Origin: a virus
Lineage: Duplodnaviria > Caudoviricetes
DNA length: 40,485 bases
IMG/VR virus record: IMGVR_UViG_3300032321_001059
Coordinates: 1 to 40,485 of that record
Reading direction: 5' to 3' (one strand)
Part shown: positions 15,731 to 26,274 of the stretch, piece after piece
How the letters are laid out: each line of letters begins with the position of its first letter
Numbering within the stretch: the first letter of the stretch is position 1
Made by a program: the position numbers and the translations under genes
The notes under the pieces: model-generated
The model's input: the letters and a program-made list of their open reading frames with translations, nothing else
Databases searched by the model: none
Told to the model about the DNA's origin: nothing

Positions 15731-17851
15731 TTATGCTGCTGATCGGGTTTCGGTCGGAGGCAACGACTTGGGCGATGCCTCAATGCTGGCGGATCTAATT
15801 TCCGGCCGCCCACCGGAGGTTTCGTAAATGACTTCCGCGCTGTGTGCCTTGTAACGCACCGGAGACTTCATGTTGTAGTCCTCCGAGCTTGCGTTGCCGT
15901 TCGTCAGCGTGCCGACTGTTGTTGTGGTATCAGGGTTGATCGTGCTGATCTTGGTCGAGACGCTGGCGCTAGCCGGAATAACCACATCGGCGATCGTGCG
16001 GAGGAACCGCTTGCTGTGCATGTCGCCAAAATCATAGCGGCGGGTCTTGATGCTTCCGGTGACAGGGCTGGTGCCTGCGTTGACCGCGTTATCGTCCAAT
16101 GCGCTGTCTTCTTGTTCCAGCAGATAGAGGTTGCCGGAGCGCGGCACCGAGAACACGCGGCGCCGGTTGTCGTAGGTGCCGACGAGGATCTGGTTCACCG
16201 ATGCGCTACTCGGATAGATGTCGCGGTATTCCCATGTGTCTGTCAGGGCGTTCCATGCGACGACGAGCTGATTGCCGTCGAGCGGGTCGGCGCTAGTCGG
16301 CAGCGCGACGAGATAGCGGTTGCTGTGCCAGATTCCGAAGGCGCTGCGCTCTACGCGGGACTGGACGACTTGGCCGAACAAGTCGGCGATGGGTTCGGAG
16401 AGCGGTTTGGTGTCGCCGCGAAGTTTTAGATCGAGGCGGCTGTCGAGGCGGTAGATTCCAGCGTCCGACAAGAAGAAGACGAACGCACCGGCGGTCACGA
16501 TTGTGTTCCTTGCGCTGCATCCGATCTCGTTGGTGAGGAGCGTGAGCTGCGACACCGGAGTGTCAACCGCGAAGCTGCTGCCGTCTGTGGAGGAAACTTG
16601 GCCGAGCGTGGCGAGCCAGATGCTTTTGCGGCAGAAAACGAGAGCTTGCCCTTCGATCCATGGATGCACGGCAACGATGCGGTCATCGCCGCCAGCCCCA
16701 GCGCGAAAGCTGTTCCAAAAGGGGTCGTAAAGGTCAGGGTCAAGAACGTCCGAGATGCCCACCGTGTCGCGCGTCTTGGCGATCCATAGCCGGTTGTTGT
16801 GGTAGCTCGCCCAGCCGACCGATGGCATGCGGGTGTAGGTGACGCCTTCTGCTGGCACGCCTGCGGTGGCGCGGACGAACTGACCGCTGCCGCCGTCCCA
16901 GTAGATCGGCGCTTTGACTCGGCGAACCTTGATGCCAGCGGCGGCGTGGGTGGCGGTGCCGCTTGGAACGGTGATCGTGAAAGAGTCTGTGGCGACACCT
17001 GTGATGTCGTATTCGTGGCCGTCGAAGGCTGGAGTGGTGCTGCCATCAATGCGCACGCGGGCGCCTGCGGGATAGCCGTGGGCGGTGACGTTGATTGTGG
17101 CCGTGGTCGTGCTGACCGTAATGCCGGATGCGGTCGTCAGCTTTTGCTCCCAGCCGGTGACGCTGCGGTCAGCCTCGCGGAGGATATATAAACGATCAAA
17201 TGCCTGCACCACCGAGACGGTGTCAGTGCCTTCGATCTTCTCGGCAGGGCTTGTCGGGTAGGTTTTGACCACCGGCGATTGGCCTTGGCGGTAGAGCGTG
17301 GCGCTGTCACTTCCGGCCAACACGATGAATTCGTTGGCGTTGTCGTAGTTCTGGCTGGCGAAGACACCGGCCGCGTAAAGTCCGCCGTCATAGCTGTCGC
17401 GGACTTCGGGTCCGTTGTTGGCGATGATCGTGCCGGTGGCCGGTGTCGCGGGAGATCCTGCAACGGTGCAGGTGAAAGTATTGGCTCCGGTGACGGTGAC
17501 GATGAAGTCGCCGTTGTAGTCCGTCTGCACGGCGCCACGGATGTTCACTTGGTCGCCGGTGGCAAAGCCGTGGGCGGTGGCGGTGACGGTGGCCGTGGTT
17601 GAGGCGCGGGTGATTGAGGTGACGGTCTTGTCGGTGCCGAGGGTGAAGTCGAGAGTCAGCGGGGCGCCGGTAGTGCCGATTGTATCGGTGAGGCGCTTTG
17701 ATCCTTTGCGGGTCTGCGCAACTCCGCGATCAAGGCGCATGTTCACGCTGTCTTGCAGCATGCCCGCCGGAAGGGTCAGCGGGTTCAAACGAGAAGCGAA
17801 GCCGAGGAATCCGGCGTCGCCATCACGCTGCACTGGAGATTCTAATGCCAT
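15731..17851 (-). CDS. Podovirus tail nozzle/stabilisation protein (tail tubular B or P22 gp10-like) with two inserted beta domains
   Basis: 706 aa, beta-propeller-like (IGCSARNTIV...FFLSDAGIY); two TAHG...G inserts. Confidence 0.7.
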   Translation of the reverse strand: MALESPVQRDGDAGFLGFASRLNPLTLPAGMLQDSVNMRLDRGVAQTRKGSKRLTDTIGTTGAPLTLDFTLGTDKTVTSITRASTTATVTATAHGFATGDQVNIRGAVQTDYNGDFIVTVTGANTFTCTVAGSPATPATGTIIANNGPEVRDSYDGGLYAAGVFASQNYDNANEFIVLAGSDSATLYRQGQSPVVKTYPTSPAEKIEGTDTVSVVQAFDRLYILREADRSVTGWEQKLTTASGITVSTTTATINVTAHGYPAGARVRIDGSTTPAFDGHEYDITGVATDSFTITVPSGTATHAAAGIKVRRVKAPIYWDGGSGQFVRATAGVPAEGVTYTRMPSVGWASYHNNRLWIAKTRDTVGISDVLDPDLYDPFWNSFRAGAGGDDRIVAVHPWIEGQALVFCRKSIWLATLGQVSSTDGSSFAVDTPVSQLTLLTNEIGCSARNTIVTAGAFVFFLSDAGIYRLDSRLDLKLRGDTKPLSEPIADLFGQVVQSRVERSAFGIWHSNRYLVALPTSADPLDGNQLVVAWNALTDTWEYRDIYPSSASVNQILVGTYDNRRRVFSVPRSGNLYLLEQEDSALDDNAVNAGTSPVTGSIKTRRYDFGDMHSKRFLRTIADVVIPASASVSTKISTINPDTTTTVGTLTNGNASSEDYNMKSPVRYKAHSAEVIYETSGGRPEIRSASIEASPKSLPPTETRSAA

Positions 17852-18438
17852 TAGTTAAGTGCTGCCCTGAGCCTGCTTTTGAACCGCGCGGCGTCGGCGG
17901 GGGAGATGTCTGTTTTTCGGGTTGGGGCGACCTGCTGATGCGTCAGCACGCGCGTCATGGGAATGCCCCACTTCTTCATGCGAGGAACGAGGTATTCGAT
18001 GGCGCTATTCATGGCATCCTCGCCGAGCGGGTTGTTATAAGTGTTACCGTCCCATGCCACACCGAGGCTCCAGCTATTGAGGTCTTTGCGGCCAAGCCAT
18101 GAGCTGACACCAGCGTGCCAGCAGCGGTCGGTGTCATCACCGAAGACTGTCCGGCGGCCGTCGCGGGCGATGAGAACGTGATAGCTCACCTTGCTCGCAG
18201 GGTTACCGATCCATTCGCATCCACCAAGATAGCTTCCGTCTGAGTGGTGTAGGACAATTGCTTCCGGCTTGATGCGGTTGGCTTGCTTGTTCGGCGTGAA
18301 CACTCGACGCTGGTCGTAGCTCTTGGCGCTGCTTGCGGTTGTGGAGCTGGTTGTGGATGCGGATGGCAAGCTCTGCGAGGCTGGCGCTGGGCCAGTCGCG
18401 GACTTCTTGCCAAACAGATTCCTGATCCACTTCCACAT
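17851..18438 (-). CDS. Endolysin, N-acetylmuramoyl-L-alanine amidase (Amidase_2 type)
   Basis: IVLHHS, SYHVLI, CWHAG, LNSWSLGV, THQQV...KTD motifs. Confidence 0.9.
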   Translation of the reverse strand: MWKWIRNLFGKKSATGPAPASQSLPSASTTSSTTASSAKSYDQRRVFTPNKQANRIKPEAIVLHHSDGSYLGGCEWIGNPASKVSYHVLIARDGRRTVFGDDTDRCWHAGVSSWLGRKDLNSWSLGVAWDGNTYNNPLGEDAMNSAIEYLVPRMKKWGIPMTRVLTHQQVAPTRKTDISPADAARFKSRLRAALN

Positions 18439-18442
18439 TGCT

Positions 18443-18595
18443 TTACTTCGCGTAGCCTTTGGTGGTCGGCGTGACCGTTACTGTTGCCTGTTGCTTAATG
18501 AAGTCGTAGCCCACCGTTACGCACCCAGCCGCACCGACAGCCCAGATGCTGGCGAGGATCACAACTGCAACTAGCTTTGTGACGCGGGCGCTCAC
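18443..18595 (-). CDS. Small lipoprotein in the lysis cassette (possible spanin-like)
   Basis: GTG start; hydrophobic signal ending AAGC. Confidence 0.55.
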   Translation of the reverse strand: MSARVTKLVAVVILASIWAVGAAGCVTVGYDFIKQQATVTVTPTTKGYAK

Positions 18596-18599
18596 GGAG

Positions 18600-18773
18600 T
18601 CAGAGGCGTGCCGAGGCGTCTTTCGCCATGACCAAGCCCCAACCGGCGAGCAGGCTTGCGCCAACGAGGCCAAGGTCAGGGATGCTGCCATTGGCGAGGA
18701 ACTCGCGGCCAGCGGTGCTGAGACTTGCGATGATTGTGAGGATTCCGAGCAGGGTTGTTTTCCAGTTTCTCAT
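18600..18773 (-). CDS. Holin-like membrane protein (57 aa)
   Basis: MRNWKTTLLG motif, two TM segments, AKD C-terminal motif. Confidence 0.7.
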   Translation of the reverse strand: MRNWKTTLLGILTIIASLSTAGREFLANGSIPDLGLVGASLLAGWGLVMAKDASARL

Positions 18774-18982
18774 TTGTTTGCTTTCTGTTTTTTGCGGAGG
18801 TCGTGAAGGACCGAAATTAAAGTGACTACGCCTACGGCCAGACCGACACAAAGTCCGGCGACCCTGAGAGTCGTCTCCAAATGTGGCAGCATAGAAAACG
18901 CCGAGGAGCCGATGGACGTGGCCGTGCCGATGACTCCTTTTTCAGTCGTGCTGAAGTTGTGATGAAAATAGGACAGGCTCAT
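18770..18982 (-). CDS. Small membrane protein (holin/antiholin-like)
   Basis: Hydrophobic segment with basic C-tail; upstream of the holin. Confidence 0.55.
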   Translation of the reverse strand: MSLSYFHHNFSTTEKGVIGTATSIGSSAFSMLPHLETTLRVAGLCVGLAVGVVTLISVLHDLRKKQKANK

Positions 18983-19002
18983 CGCGCGGCTCCTCAGATG
19001 CG

Positions 19003-19260
19003 TTACTTCAAGTATGCAAGCACAGCACCGGCGTGCAGTTTGATCTCAGTGAAGCTGCCTTCGATGGCGGTGCCGACAGGGAACGCATAGGCGCTTCCGC
19101 TGGTCGTGTTCGCCACGTTGGTCTGGTTGCCCGCGAGCGTGTGGAACTTGGTCGCTGCGTCGAGGCTTTGGACGGCGCTGAAGTTTCCGGTGACGGCCGT
19201 GGTGTCGCTAATGAGGCGGACGCCGTTGGCCCTGTTCGTTGTTCTGACGTTTGGGTTCAT
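19003..19260 (-). CDS. Small virion protein (85 aa)
   Basis: Beta-rich; within the structural operon. Confidence 0.6.
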   Translation of the reverse strand: MNPNVRTTNRANGVRLISDTTAVTGNFSAVQSLDAATKFHTLAGNQTNVANTTSGSAYAFPVGTAIEGSFTEIKLHAGAVLAYLK

Positions 19261-19264
19261 AGGC

Positions 19265-19882
19265 TTAGTATTGGTTGACGCGAGCGGTCCACATGGACGG
19301 CTGGTTTTGCTGAAAGTAATATTTGTCGCGCTGAGAAATCAGTTCGTTCTCTGCGAGCTGCTCCATGGCCAGAGCCTTGTCGAGCTGGCCGTCTTCGGTG
19401 AGGAGGTCCGAGGTCAGGAGGTAGCCGACTGCCTTGGCAATGACGGCTGGCACTGTCGCCGAGAGGTTGCTTGCGCTGTATTCGGTCGGGCGGACTCGGA
19501 AGTTGACCCAGACTGTGGTTGGCAGGTCGGTGCTTTGCGGGAATCTCACATTGTCGCCGAGGAGGGTGTAGCCGATGGCGCGGGGTGCAACGTGGGTTGC
19601 AGGGTTGTCGCGCAGGACGCCGAAGACTTCGCCCATGGCTGTCTGGCCGCTTTGCTCGTAGGGGATGAAGTAGCCGGTCGTGTCGTTGCCTTCGACGGTG
19701 CGTTCTTCGACGCGCATGAGTTCCGGCCAATCGGCCCACTCCCAACAATCCGCGATGCGTTCGTTGGCGGCGGCGGTCATCATGGTTCTTGCGCCGGATG
19801 GGATGTTAGAAATATCCGAGCCGTCGTTTCCGGCGCGCTGCCATGCGCGGAGGAGGATAGACTGTAAGGTGACAGTCCTCAT
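19265..19882 (-). CDS. Putative head-tail adaptor (tail tubular A-like), 205 aa
   Basis: Size, helical ends, W..W motif, position after portal and fibre. Confidence 0.6.
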   Translation of the reverse strand: MRTVTLQSILLRAWQRAGNDGSDISNIPSGARTMMTAAANERIADCWEWADWPELMRVEERTVEGNDTTGYFIPYEQSGQTAMGEVFGVLRDNPATHVAPRAIGYTLLGDNVRFPQSTDLPTTVWVNFRVRPTEYSASNLSATVPAVIAKAVGYLLTSDLLTEDGQLDKALAMEQLAENELISQRDKYYFQQNQPSMWTARVNQY

Positions 19883-20043
19883 TATTCAGCAGCGGGTGCT
19901 TCCTCCGTGAGTTGCTTCTCGATGCTCGTTGCCAGCGGCAGGATCTGCGCGGCGGCGTTCAGCCCGCCGGTTTTGACGGCGAGGTCGAGGCATTGCATGA
20001 CTACCTTGGCTTCGGCCTCGGTGAGTGTGACTTGCTTATTCAT
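19882..20043 (-). CDS. Small hypothetical protein (53 aa, MNKQVTLTEAEAK...), absent from the ORF track
   Basis: Read manually; overlaps both neighbours. Confidence 0.65.
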   Translation of the reverse strand: MNKQVTLTEAEAKVVMQCLDLAVKTGGLNAAAQILPLATSIEKQLTEEAPAAE

Positions 20044-20343
20044 TGGGCTGCTCCTGCTGGCTGGCCAAATACGCCTGTGTCGCGGGAATCGCGGCCAACA
20101 CTGCGGCGAACGCGGCGGCGAGTTCGGGAACGGCCTGCATGATTTCGGGCGTCAACGGCGCGGTCATCTTCTGGACAAGGCTTCCGTTGGCGAGTTCGCC
20201 GTCTGCGGTTGCGGGCAAGAGTTCGACGGTTATGGAGCCAGAGTCCGTTGTCGGCTGGATGGCGGACAACGTGTAAACGTGCAGGCGGTCGTAGACCTTG
20301 GCGGCTACGGGTTCCGTGGTGATGGGATTAGGGTTGTTCAACA
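20036..20343 (-). CDS. Hypothetical protein, possible tail fibre chaperone (start approximate)
   Basis: Directly follows the tail fibre; likely starts at MLNNPNP. Confidence 0.55.
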
Positions 20344-20349
20344 TAAGAG

Positions 20350-22032
20350 TTACCAAGTTGCGATGGCCGCACGCTTCCAAGTGCTCGCCGCCGTGCAGAC
20401 GTAGATGTAGTCGGCGTCGTAGCGAATATCGCCCGCCGTTCCTGCGGCTCCGCTCGTTGCTGGCGCGGTTCCTTGTGCGCGAAGCTGTGCGTCTAAAACG
20501 GAATACGCCGAATCATCCGCAAGCCTAACTTGCAGGGCAGTCGTTGAGCGTTTGAGCGCGGGGAATGCGCTGGTTGTGCCGCCGAATTGGAGACGGTCAA
20601 AGTCGGTGCTTGCGGCATTTACAATCGTTACAATGCTGTCTGCTGGACTATTAAATCGCGCACGGCCACTCCAGCGAATACCGCCGGTGGCTGCTGCCGT
20701 CACGCTTCCGCTCGTAGCATTCAATGTGCCGCACGTAAGATCAACACAGCTAAAGTTTCCGCTGGTGCTTACTGCTCCAGTGGCGGCAACCGTCATCCGC
20801 GTCACTCCATCCGTTTGAAACTCCAGCGCCCTCGCCGTGCCAGTGCCAAGTTTCTCCGTGCCGATTTGAAGCACGTTGCTGCTCCACCTGAGGAAGCCGC
20901 GCTCGTGGTTCGATGCGTCCGTGAAGGTGTTGTAGAGGCGGAAGGTTTGGGCGTTGGTGGTGCGGCGTTGGGCGAGCGTGTCAGCGGCGTCTCTAACCAA
21001 AGTGGTGTCTGCGCCCGTGACTGAATTGCCAGCGCCCCAAGACAAAGCCGCTGTTCCGTTTAAGACAAAAAACCCAGTATTCTGTCGAGTTATGGGAGAA
21101 AAAGAGGGGCCGTATGAAACCAAACCAAGCGAAGGATCATACGACATGGAAACTTGCGGGTTTACACCGCCCCAACCAATCAAGCCGTCATGTCGTATGG
21201 AAACCTGTGACGCTCCTCCTTTTCGGAGGTCTAAAAAGTTACTCGTCAAAGATGATGCCGTATCAGTGATTTGCAATCGACTTGCCGTAAACACGCCTTT
21301 GGCAAACATCGTTCCGCTGCGCGTCTGCGAACTGCTTACGGTGTATGTTCCTGTCGTTCCAGTTCCCGTGCCAAGCGCGGTTATATATGTCCCAGCAACT
21401 ACGCTTGATCCATATATCTCGCTGCCAACTTGAAGTGTGCCGCTGGCAACCGCCGAAACCGTCAACGTGGTAGCCGATATGCTTCCAGTAAATTCACAGG
21501 CAGCGTTTTGGTTCCACGTTTGGCTCAAATCCAGCACAGGCGCGGACGCTCCAGTAAGCGTGCCGTTGTTGGCGGTGAGCGTGGTGAAGGTGCCTGCGGC
21601 GGGCGTGGTCGAGCCGATGGGCTGCCCTTCGATCTGGATGCGGCCCGAGGCGTTCGGCGCGGTCAGCGTGCGGGTGGTTCCGGTGGAGATGCCGCCGAGG
21701 TCGAACTGGAGGTTCTTGCTGGTGTCGCTGTTATCAAAGAGGAGGAACTGCGAGTCGCTGAACACGTCCGGCAAGGTGCCAGCGTAGGTGTAGTCAGCGT
21801 CCCTGCTGCTGCCGCCGGTCGCCGTGCGGATGTAGATGCCCGCCTGCTTGCGGCTAACCGGCCAGACGCCGCTGGCGGTGCGGACGAGCCATGCGCTGTT
21901 GAGTGTGGCCGAGCCGTCTAGCGGAAGGTCCGCATAGGTCGCTACCTCGCCGTCGATGTAGGACGCACCACCGCCTCCACCGCTGCCGGTGAAGTCGAAG
22001 TTTCCTGTCAGCGGATTGAACTTGATGGCCAT
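20350..22032 (-). CDS. Tail fibre/receptor-binding protein (560 aa)
   Basis: [10 protein letters not shown]-terminus; T/G/S-rich; C-terminal [13 protein letters not shown]...WKRAAI motif. Confidence 0.8.
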   Translation of the reverse strand: MAIKFNPLTGNFDFTGSGGGGGASYIDGEVATYADLPLDGSATLNSAWLVRTASGVWPVSRKQAGIYIRTATGGSSRDADYTYAGTLPDVFSDSQFLLFDNSDTSKNLQFDLGGISTGTTRTLTAPNASGRIQIEGQPIGSTTPAAGTFTTLTANNGTLTGASAPVLDLSQTWNQNAACEFTGSISATTLTVSAVASGTLQVGSEIYGSSVVAGTYITALGTGTGTTGTYTVSSSQTRSGTMFAKGVFTASRLQITDTASSLTSNFLDLRKGGASQVSIRHDGLIGWGGVNPQVSMSYDPSLGLVSYGPSFSPITRQNTGFFVLNGTAALSWGAGNSVTGADTTLVRDAADTLAQRRTTNAQTFRLYNTFTDASNHERGFLRWSSNVLQIGTEKLGTGTARALEFQTDGVTRMTVAATGAVSTSGNFSCVDLTCGTLNATSGSVTAAATGGIRWSGRARFNSPADSIVTIVNAASTDFDRLQFGGTTSAFPALKRSTTALQVRLADDSAYSVLDAQLRAQGTAPATSGAAGTAGDIRYDADYIYVCTAASTWKRAAIATW

Positions 22033-22241
22033 TAGCTGCGGGTCACTGTGGCGATCTTTGCGTCATCGCTGGACGGCGTGCCGCCGACATAGGTGAAGGT
22101 GAGCGTGGCGACAGTCTGGCTGCCTTCTTTGTAGACCACCGTGGAAAGGTTGTTTGTCGTGGAGACGTAATTCAGCTCAACCGCGTTGTGCTGCGGGATG
22201 TTTAGACCGGCGATGTTTCTGACGGATACGTTCGGGTGCAT
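22032..22241 (-). CDS. Small virion protein (69 aa)
   Basis: Beta-rich; between portal and fibre. Confidence 0.6.
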   Translation of the reverse strand: MHPNVSVRNIAGLNIPQHNAVELNYVSTTNNLSTVVYKEGSQTVATLTFTYVGGTPSSDDAKIATVTRS

Positions 22242-22244
22242 GTG

Positions 22245-24344
22245 TTAGGCGGCGGGTTGGGCGGTCATGCCGAGTTGCTGGTCTTGGGCCATCTTTTGCA
22301 GCGCGGGCTGGGCGCCGGTGCGGCCGATTACTGCGTTCTGTTGCTGCTGCAGTTGGAAATTGAACGCCTGCATGCGCGCATCGATCATGCGCTTGAAGAT
22401 CTCGTCGGACTGATACCGCTGCATGACAGCAGGGTTCGACTGAATGATCTGCTGCAGGGTCTGCAGTCGGATCTGCGCGTTTTGTCCGCCCTCTTTCAAC
22501 GGCGGCTCGGTTCCCGCGGCGATCTTCGCAAAGGCGCCCTGCTCGTCTTCCTGCTCCATCTGTGTCGCAGCGCCGATATCCCTGACGAGAAGGTTGGCGA
22601 GGTTCTGGTCTACGCTGCCGAGCATGACCTTGATCAATTGCGCTCGGTCGATAACTCCCATCGAATCCAGAGGCACCAGATTCTGGGTCAGGAACGCCAT
22701 CTTGGCCTCTAGGGCGGCTGTGTCGAGCGTCCTCGCATCAAAATCCGCCACTATGTCATAGCGACCGCGGATGTCGGCGGCGCCTTCAGCTAACGGCGTG
22801 GCGTTTCCGGTGACGCGAGAAATTTCCTCTGGCAGCATATACTGCTGCGCCAAGGCGAGGATCTGGATCATCATGACCTTCATGTCGAGGAGCCATGAGT
22901 CGGCCAAGTCCTGCATGTGCAGCATGGCGATGTTGGGATTCACGCTCTCGGTCATGCGGCCGAAGTAGCGGTCAACGTCTGCGCGGGTTGCCTGCTCGAC
23001 CTCGATAGAGCCTTGGTCAAACGGCGGCGGCGTCATCCAATTAATTTCATTCGGACGCCTCTCAGGGATCTGCATCGCTGGTCCGAGGACGAGATCTAGG
23101 CGGCCGCGCGAGGCGGGAACTTTGAGCGGAGGGATGATGGAAATGCTGGCGCGGTCGACCCTATAGTCCCTCTGCACCTTCACCTCTTCCTGCGCCGACT
23201 GGACGATCTCAGGAATTCCGCGGCTTTCGAGAAGCGGGCGGGTGTTGCGCTCGCGGGGCAGCTCGATGAAAGGATACATCTGATGCTCGTAGGGCATCAG
23301 CTCATGCAGGGCGACGGAATCGGTGATGCTGTAGCTGACGACGGTGCGGGTGACCTTGGTCGCTCCGGTGCGGTCGTCGTGCTCCTTGCGATACACATGC
23401 CACACTTCGATCAGGTCGCGCATTTGCTCGTAGAGGAACTGGTCCGAGCGGTGGATGTTCATGTGTATGCGCTTCATCTCGCCGCGATGCTTCACCGCGC
23501 GCTCGACCCACTGCTTGTCCCAGCCTTCAAGTGCGGCGCGCTCGCGCAGCTCGAACTCGCTGAGTAGCTCGCGGCGGGCGATGAAGGGCGCCCTCTGCAG
23601 GCTGTCGGTCTGAATCGGGAAAATGACGTCTTCCCACGCTTCCAAAGCACGCACCACCGGCTTGCTTGAGAAAATATAAGGACTCTCCCACTCGACCTCG
23701 CCCTTCTCGCGGAGCTGGCGAACCTTGGAGACGCTGCCCAGCTCCGGCACCACCTGACCGAGAAGCTCCGCGGCCAGCTCTTCCTGCGCCGGATCGAGGA
23801 CAACTTCGAGGAGCGCCTGCAAGTTGGGATCTTGGGTCTCCTCGATCATCATCATCGCTTCTTCGAGCGTGAACTTCTTCACCTCGACGCGGGTCTGGCG
23901 TTCCCAATCGACAGCCATCACAGCGAGGCCATAAGTCTCTCTAAACTCGGCAGCCAAGCGGATCTCGCGGCGCATGTCGTCGGCACAGTGGCTGTGCAGG
24001 AGCCAGCGGAGCACAGTCTCGGCGGCGTTCTTCTTCGGGGCGTCCATCACCTCGACCGGCTGGACTTGCAGGCGTGACTTAAAGAATGCGGACGTCAAAG
24101 AGATAACCCTCTCACGAATTATCGATTCAGCCATTCGCACGGAAACGTCCGAACTATTTTCCCAAGGAAAAACTTTCTTGCCGTAGAAGGCTTGGTGCTT
24201 GCGGCCGTCGTCGCTCTGTCCGGCCCAGATGCAATACCTGACGTTGAAGTTCTTGAGCTTACGATGCAGGTAGCCGGAGCCGTCGTGGTCCGCCTGATCG
24301 ATGTCGCTGATCATGCGCGTGATTTTGTCGCGGTCGAGTTTCAT
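22245..24344 (-). CDS. Portal protein (699 aa)
   Basis: Size, helical content, YPFIE..RE...ESRGIPEI motif, Gln-rich C-terminal barrel (P22-like). Confidence 0.8.
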   Translation of the reverse strand: MKLDRDKITRMISDIDQADHDGSGYLHRKLKNFNVRYCIWAGQSDDGRKHQAFYGKKVFPWENSSDVSVRMAESIIRERVISLTSAFFKSRLQVQPVEVMDAPKKNAAETVLRWLLHSHCADDMRREIRLAAEFRETYGLAVMAVDWERQTRVEVKKFTLEEAMMMIEETQDPNLQALLEVVLDPAQEELAAELLGQVVPELGSVSKVRQLREKGEVEWESPYIFSSKPVVRALEAWEDVIFPIQTDSLQRAPFIARRELLSEFELRERAALEGWDKQWVERAVKHRGEMKRIHMNIHRSDQFLYEQMRDLIEVWHVYRKEHDDRTGATKVTRTVVSYSITDSVALHELMPYEHQMYPFIELPRERNTRPLLESRGIPEIVQSAQEEVKVQRDYRVDRASISIIPPLKVPASRGRLDLVLGPAMQIPERRPNEINWMTPPPFDQGSIEVEQATRADVDRYFGRMTESVNPNIAMLHMQDLADSWLLDMKVMMIQILALAQQYMLPEEISRVTGNATPLAEGAADIRGRYDIVADFDARTLDTAALEAKMAFLTQNLVPLDSMGVIDRAQLIKVMLGSVDQNLANLLVRDIGAATQMEQEDEQGAFAKIAAGTEPPLKEGGQNAQIRLQTLQQIIQSNPAVMQRYQSDEIFKRMIDARMQAFNFQLQQQQNAVIGRTGAQPALQKMAQDQQLGMTAQPAA

Positions 24345-24679
24345 TAGATCAGGACGGTGGTTTTGCGCGGCGTGTAATTAATCGCGCACTCAGGGTTCCG
24401 TTTTAGAAACCAGTGGCGGAATGTTTTGTCAGACCAGCAGCCGTCACCTAGATGCTTCTGCCACGCAAAATAAGCATCGGCCGGAACGTCCATGACGTGT
24501 TGGCCGATGCCGTCTACAGTGCAATGTTCTAACTGGTCGTTGACCTGCTTGGCCTTGCGAGCGTCGATAGCGGCCATCACCTGCTGTGCGCGCCATCCTG
24601 TCTGCAGCTCCTCTTTTACAAGGTGAGCAAGCTCGTCATCCATGTCTCCGACCAGATCGGAGAATATTTGATCTGACAT
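24344..24679 (-). CDS. Hypothetical protein (111 aa)
   Basis: Operonic ORF between decoration gene and portal. Confidence 0.65.
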   Translation of the reverse strand: MSDQIFSDLVGDMDDELAHLVKEELQTGWRAQQVMAAIDARKAKQVNDQLEHCTVDGIGQHVMDVPADAYFAWQKHLGDGCWSDKTFRHWFLKRNPECAINYTPRKTTVLI

Positions 24680-24687
24680 CCTAACTT

Positions 24688-24723
24688 CTGCCGTCCGACC
24701 CGCATACGCAGTGCGGACGGCAG
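24688..24723 (-). terminator. Strong hairpin after the capsid/decoration genes
   Basis: CTGCCGTCCG...CGGACGGCAG 10-bp stem; no clear U-tract. Confidence 0.45.
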
Positions 24724-24741
24724 TGTGTTAAGACGTTTGTC

Positions 24742-25188
24742 TTAGAGGTTCGCCAGCTTGTTCACGGCGAAGAACACATGGAGTTCTCCGGTGGTAAGCG
24801 CGGCAAGCGTTTTGGTCGAGGCGGGGGCGCCGACTGCGAGCTGCACCGTGCTGGTGCCGCTTGCAACCGTGACCGGAGCGGTAGCGGTGAACGCCTTGTA
24901 AAGCACCGGAGTGCCGTTGGCGTTTGCCTGCGTGGAGCTGACAACCGCAGACCCAGCTCCGTTAAGAGTCATGGTCGTCGTGTTGTTAGCGCTGTCGGCC
25001 GCGTCAGCAAAGCTGGTGACCAGCTTGAGCGCTGCGTTTTGCACAACGTCTCCCGCCACAAGCGACAGAAGCGTCAGGTTTTGACCTGTTGCCGCGGTGG
25101 TCTCGGTGAGATCAGTGTGGGTAACGATGGCCTTGTGCGTGTATCCGGTTGCGGCTTTGGTTTCCGCGGGGAGTTCAAAGATTTCCAT
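24742..25188 (-). CDS. Putative capsid decoration/cement protein (148 aa)
   Basis: Thr/Ala-rich beta protein directly after the capsid gene. Confidence 0.55.
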   Translation of the reverse strand: MEIFELPAETKAATGYTHKAIVTHTDLTETTAATGQNLTLLSLVAGDVVQNAALKLVTSFADAADSANNTTTMTLNGAGSAVVSSTQANANGTPVLYKAFTATAPVTVASGTSTVQLAVGAPASTKTLAALTTGELHVFFAVNKLANL

Positions 25189-25219
25189 AATAGTATGATC
25201 TTTCTAGTTAGTTGTTCGA

Positions 25220-26242
25220 TTAGGAAGTCGCGGAGAACTTGCCCATATTTTTCGGCGACATGACTGCCAGCGAAACTATACAATCGACAAGACCTCTCGG
25301 GCCTCCGCCGCTATCTTGCAATTCTTGGAACCTCGGCTTGCGGCCGTAGCGAAGCATGACGCTCTCAGGCGACATGATGTAACCGCGAGCATACTTCTCG
25401 GCGTCGGTGGAAGCGTTGTTAGCCAGAAATAGGCTGGTCACGATTTCCACGGTCGAAAAATCTCCTTCGTAGAACGAGATATTCGACACCAGACGATCCG
25501 AGCTGGAAGCCTGCGCGGTCTGGCGCAGATTGAACACGTTCGATGTGCTGTTCACAGTGAAGCGTGTCATATTAGTCACAGCCTTTTTAAGGCTCGGCCC
25601 CGCCACAAGCACGAGTCGATCCTGACTGCCAGTCTGCTCATAGATGCTCTGCAAAACATTCTGCAGGGCGCTTTCAGTGAGCGACGCGGTCGCGGTCGAG
25701 TTGATGCTGGCAGAAGGAGTCGCCTGCGAGGTCGGAACCGGAAGGTCGGTTTGAGAACCGGCCGTTGCGATCCACTTGCCCAAGCCGCGAGTTTTATAAG
25801 CCACGCTGCCGGAGCCTTCGACGGATTCGTTGTCCGAGCTGATGGTCGCTTCGACGTCACGCTTGACCTCCAAAATGGTCTTGGCGATGGCCTTGGAAAA
25901 TTCCTTGCGACGGCCAATTGCGGCCACGTCAGCGAGGTTCGCTTGGAAGTCCGACACGCGAGCGGTGCGACGAATTTTCTGACTGCGAGCGCTCAGGAGA
26001 ACGCGGTTGGCGGAAGAATCCGCGAAGTCGGTCACATCGGAGGAATCGACAACGCCGTCTGTGGACGGAGCGCTGTACGAATCGGCGAGGTAGGAGTATA
26101 CACTCGGATTAGTGATATCCGCGCCGACGCGGGCGATAGAGGAGCTGATGGGGCAATTTTTGTTATCGACGTACGTAAGGACGTCGAGGATATCTTCCCG
26201 ATTACCCACTGCGGGGAAGAGATTTCCGGCTGGAGCTGACAT
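25220..26242 (-). CDS. Major capsid protein (SU10/DUF5309-like)
   Basis: GNREDILD N-terminus; KRDVEATI; TRGLGKWI; YEGDF; follows the scaffold. Confidence 0.85.
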   Translation of the reverse strand: MSAPAGNLFPAVGNREDILDVLTYVDNKNCPISSSIARVGADITNPSVYSYLADSYSAPSTDGVVDSSDVTDFADSSANRVLLSARSQKIRRTARVSDFQANLADVAAIGRRKEFSKAIAKTILEVKRDVEATISSDNESVEGSGSVAYKTRGLGKWIATAGSQTDLPVPTSQATPSASINSTATASLTESALQNVLQSIYEQTGSQDRLVLVAGPSLKKAVTNMTRFTVNSTSNVFNLRQTAQASSSDRLVSNISFYEGDFSTVEIVTSLFLANNASTDAEKYARGYIMSPESVMLRYGRKPRFQELQDSGGGPRGLVDCIVSLAVMSPKNMGKFSATS

Positions 26243-26274
26243 TGTAATTGTTTCTTTCTAGTCTGAGGTTGTTC

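Noticed and set aside
20350-22032. Diversity-generating retroelement targeting the fibre
   Set aside because: No reverse transcriptase and no TR/VR pair seen
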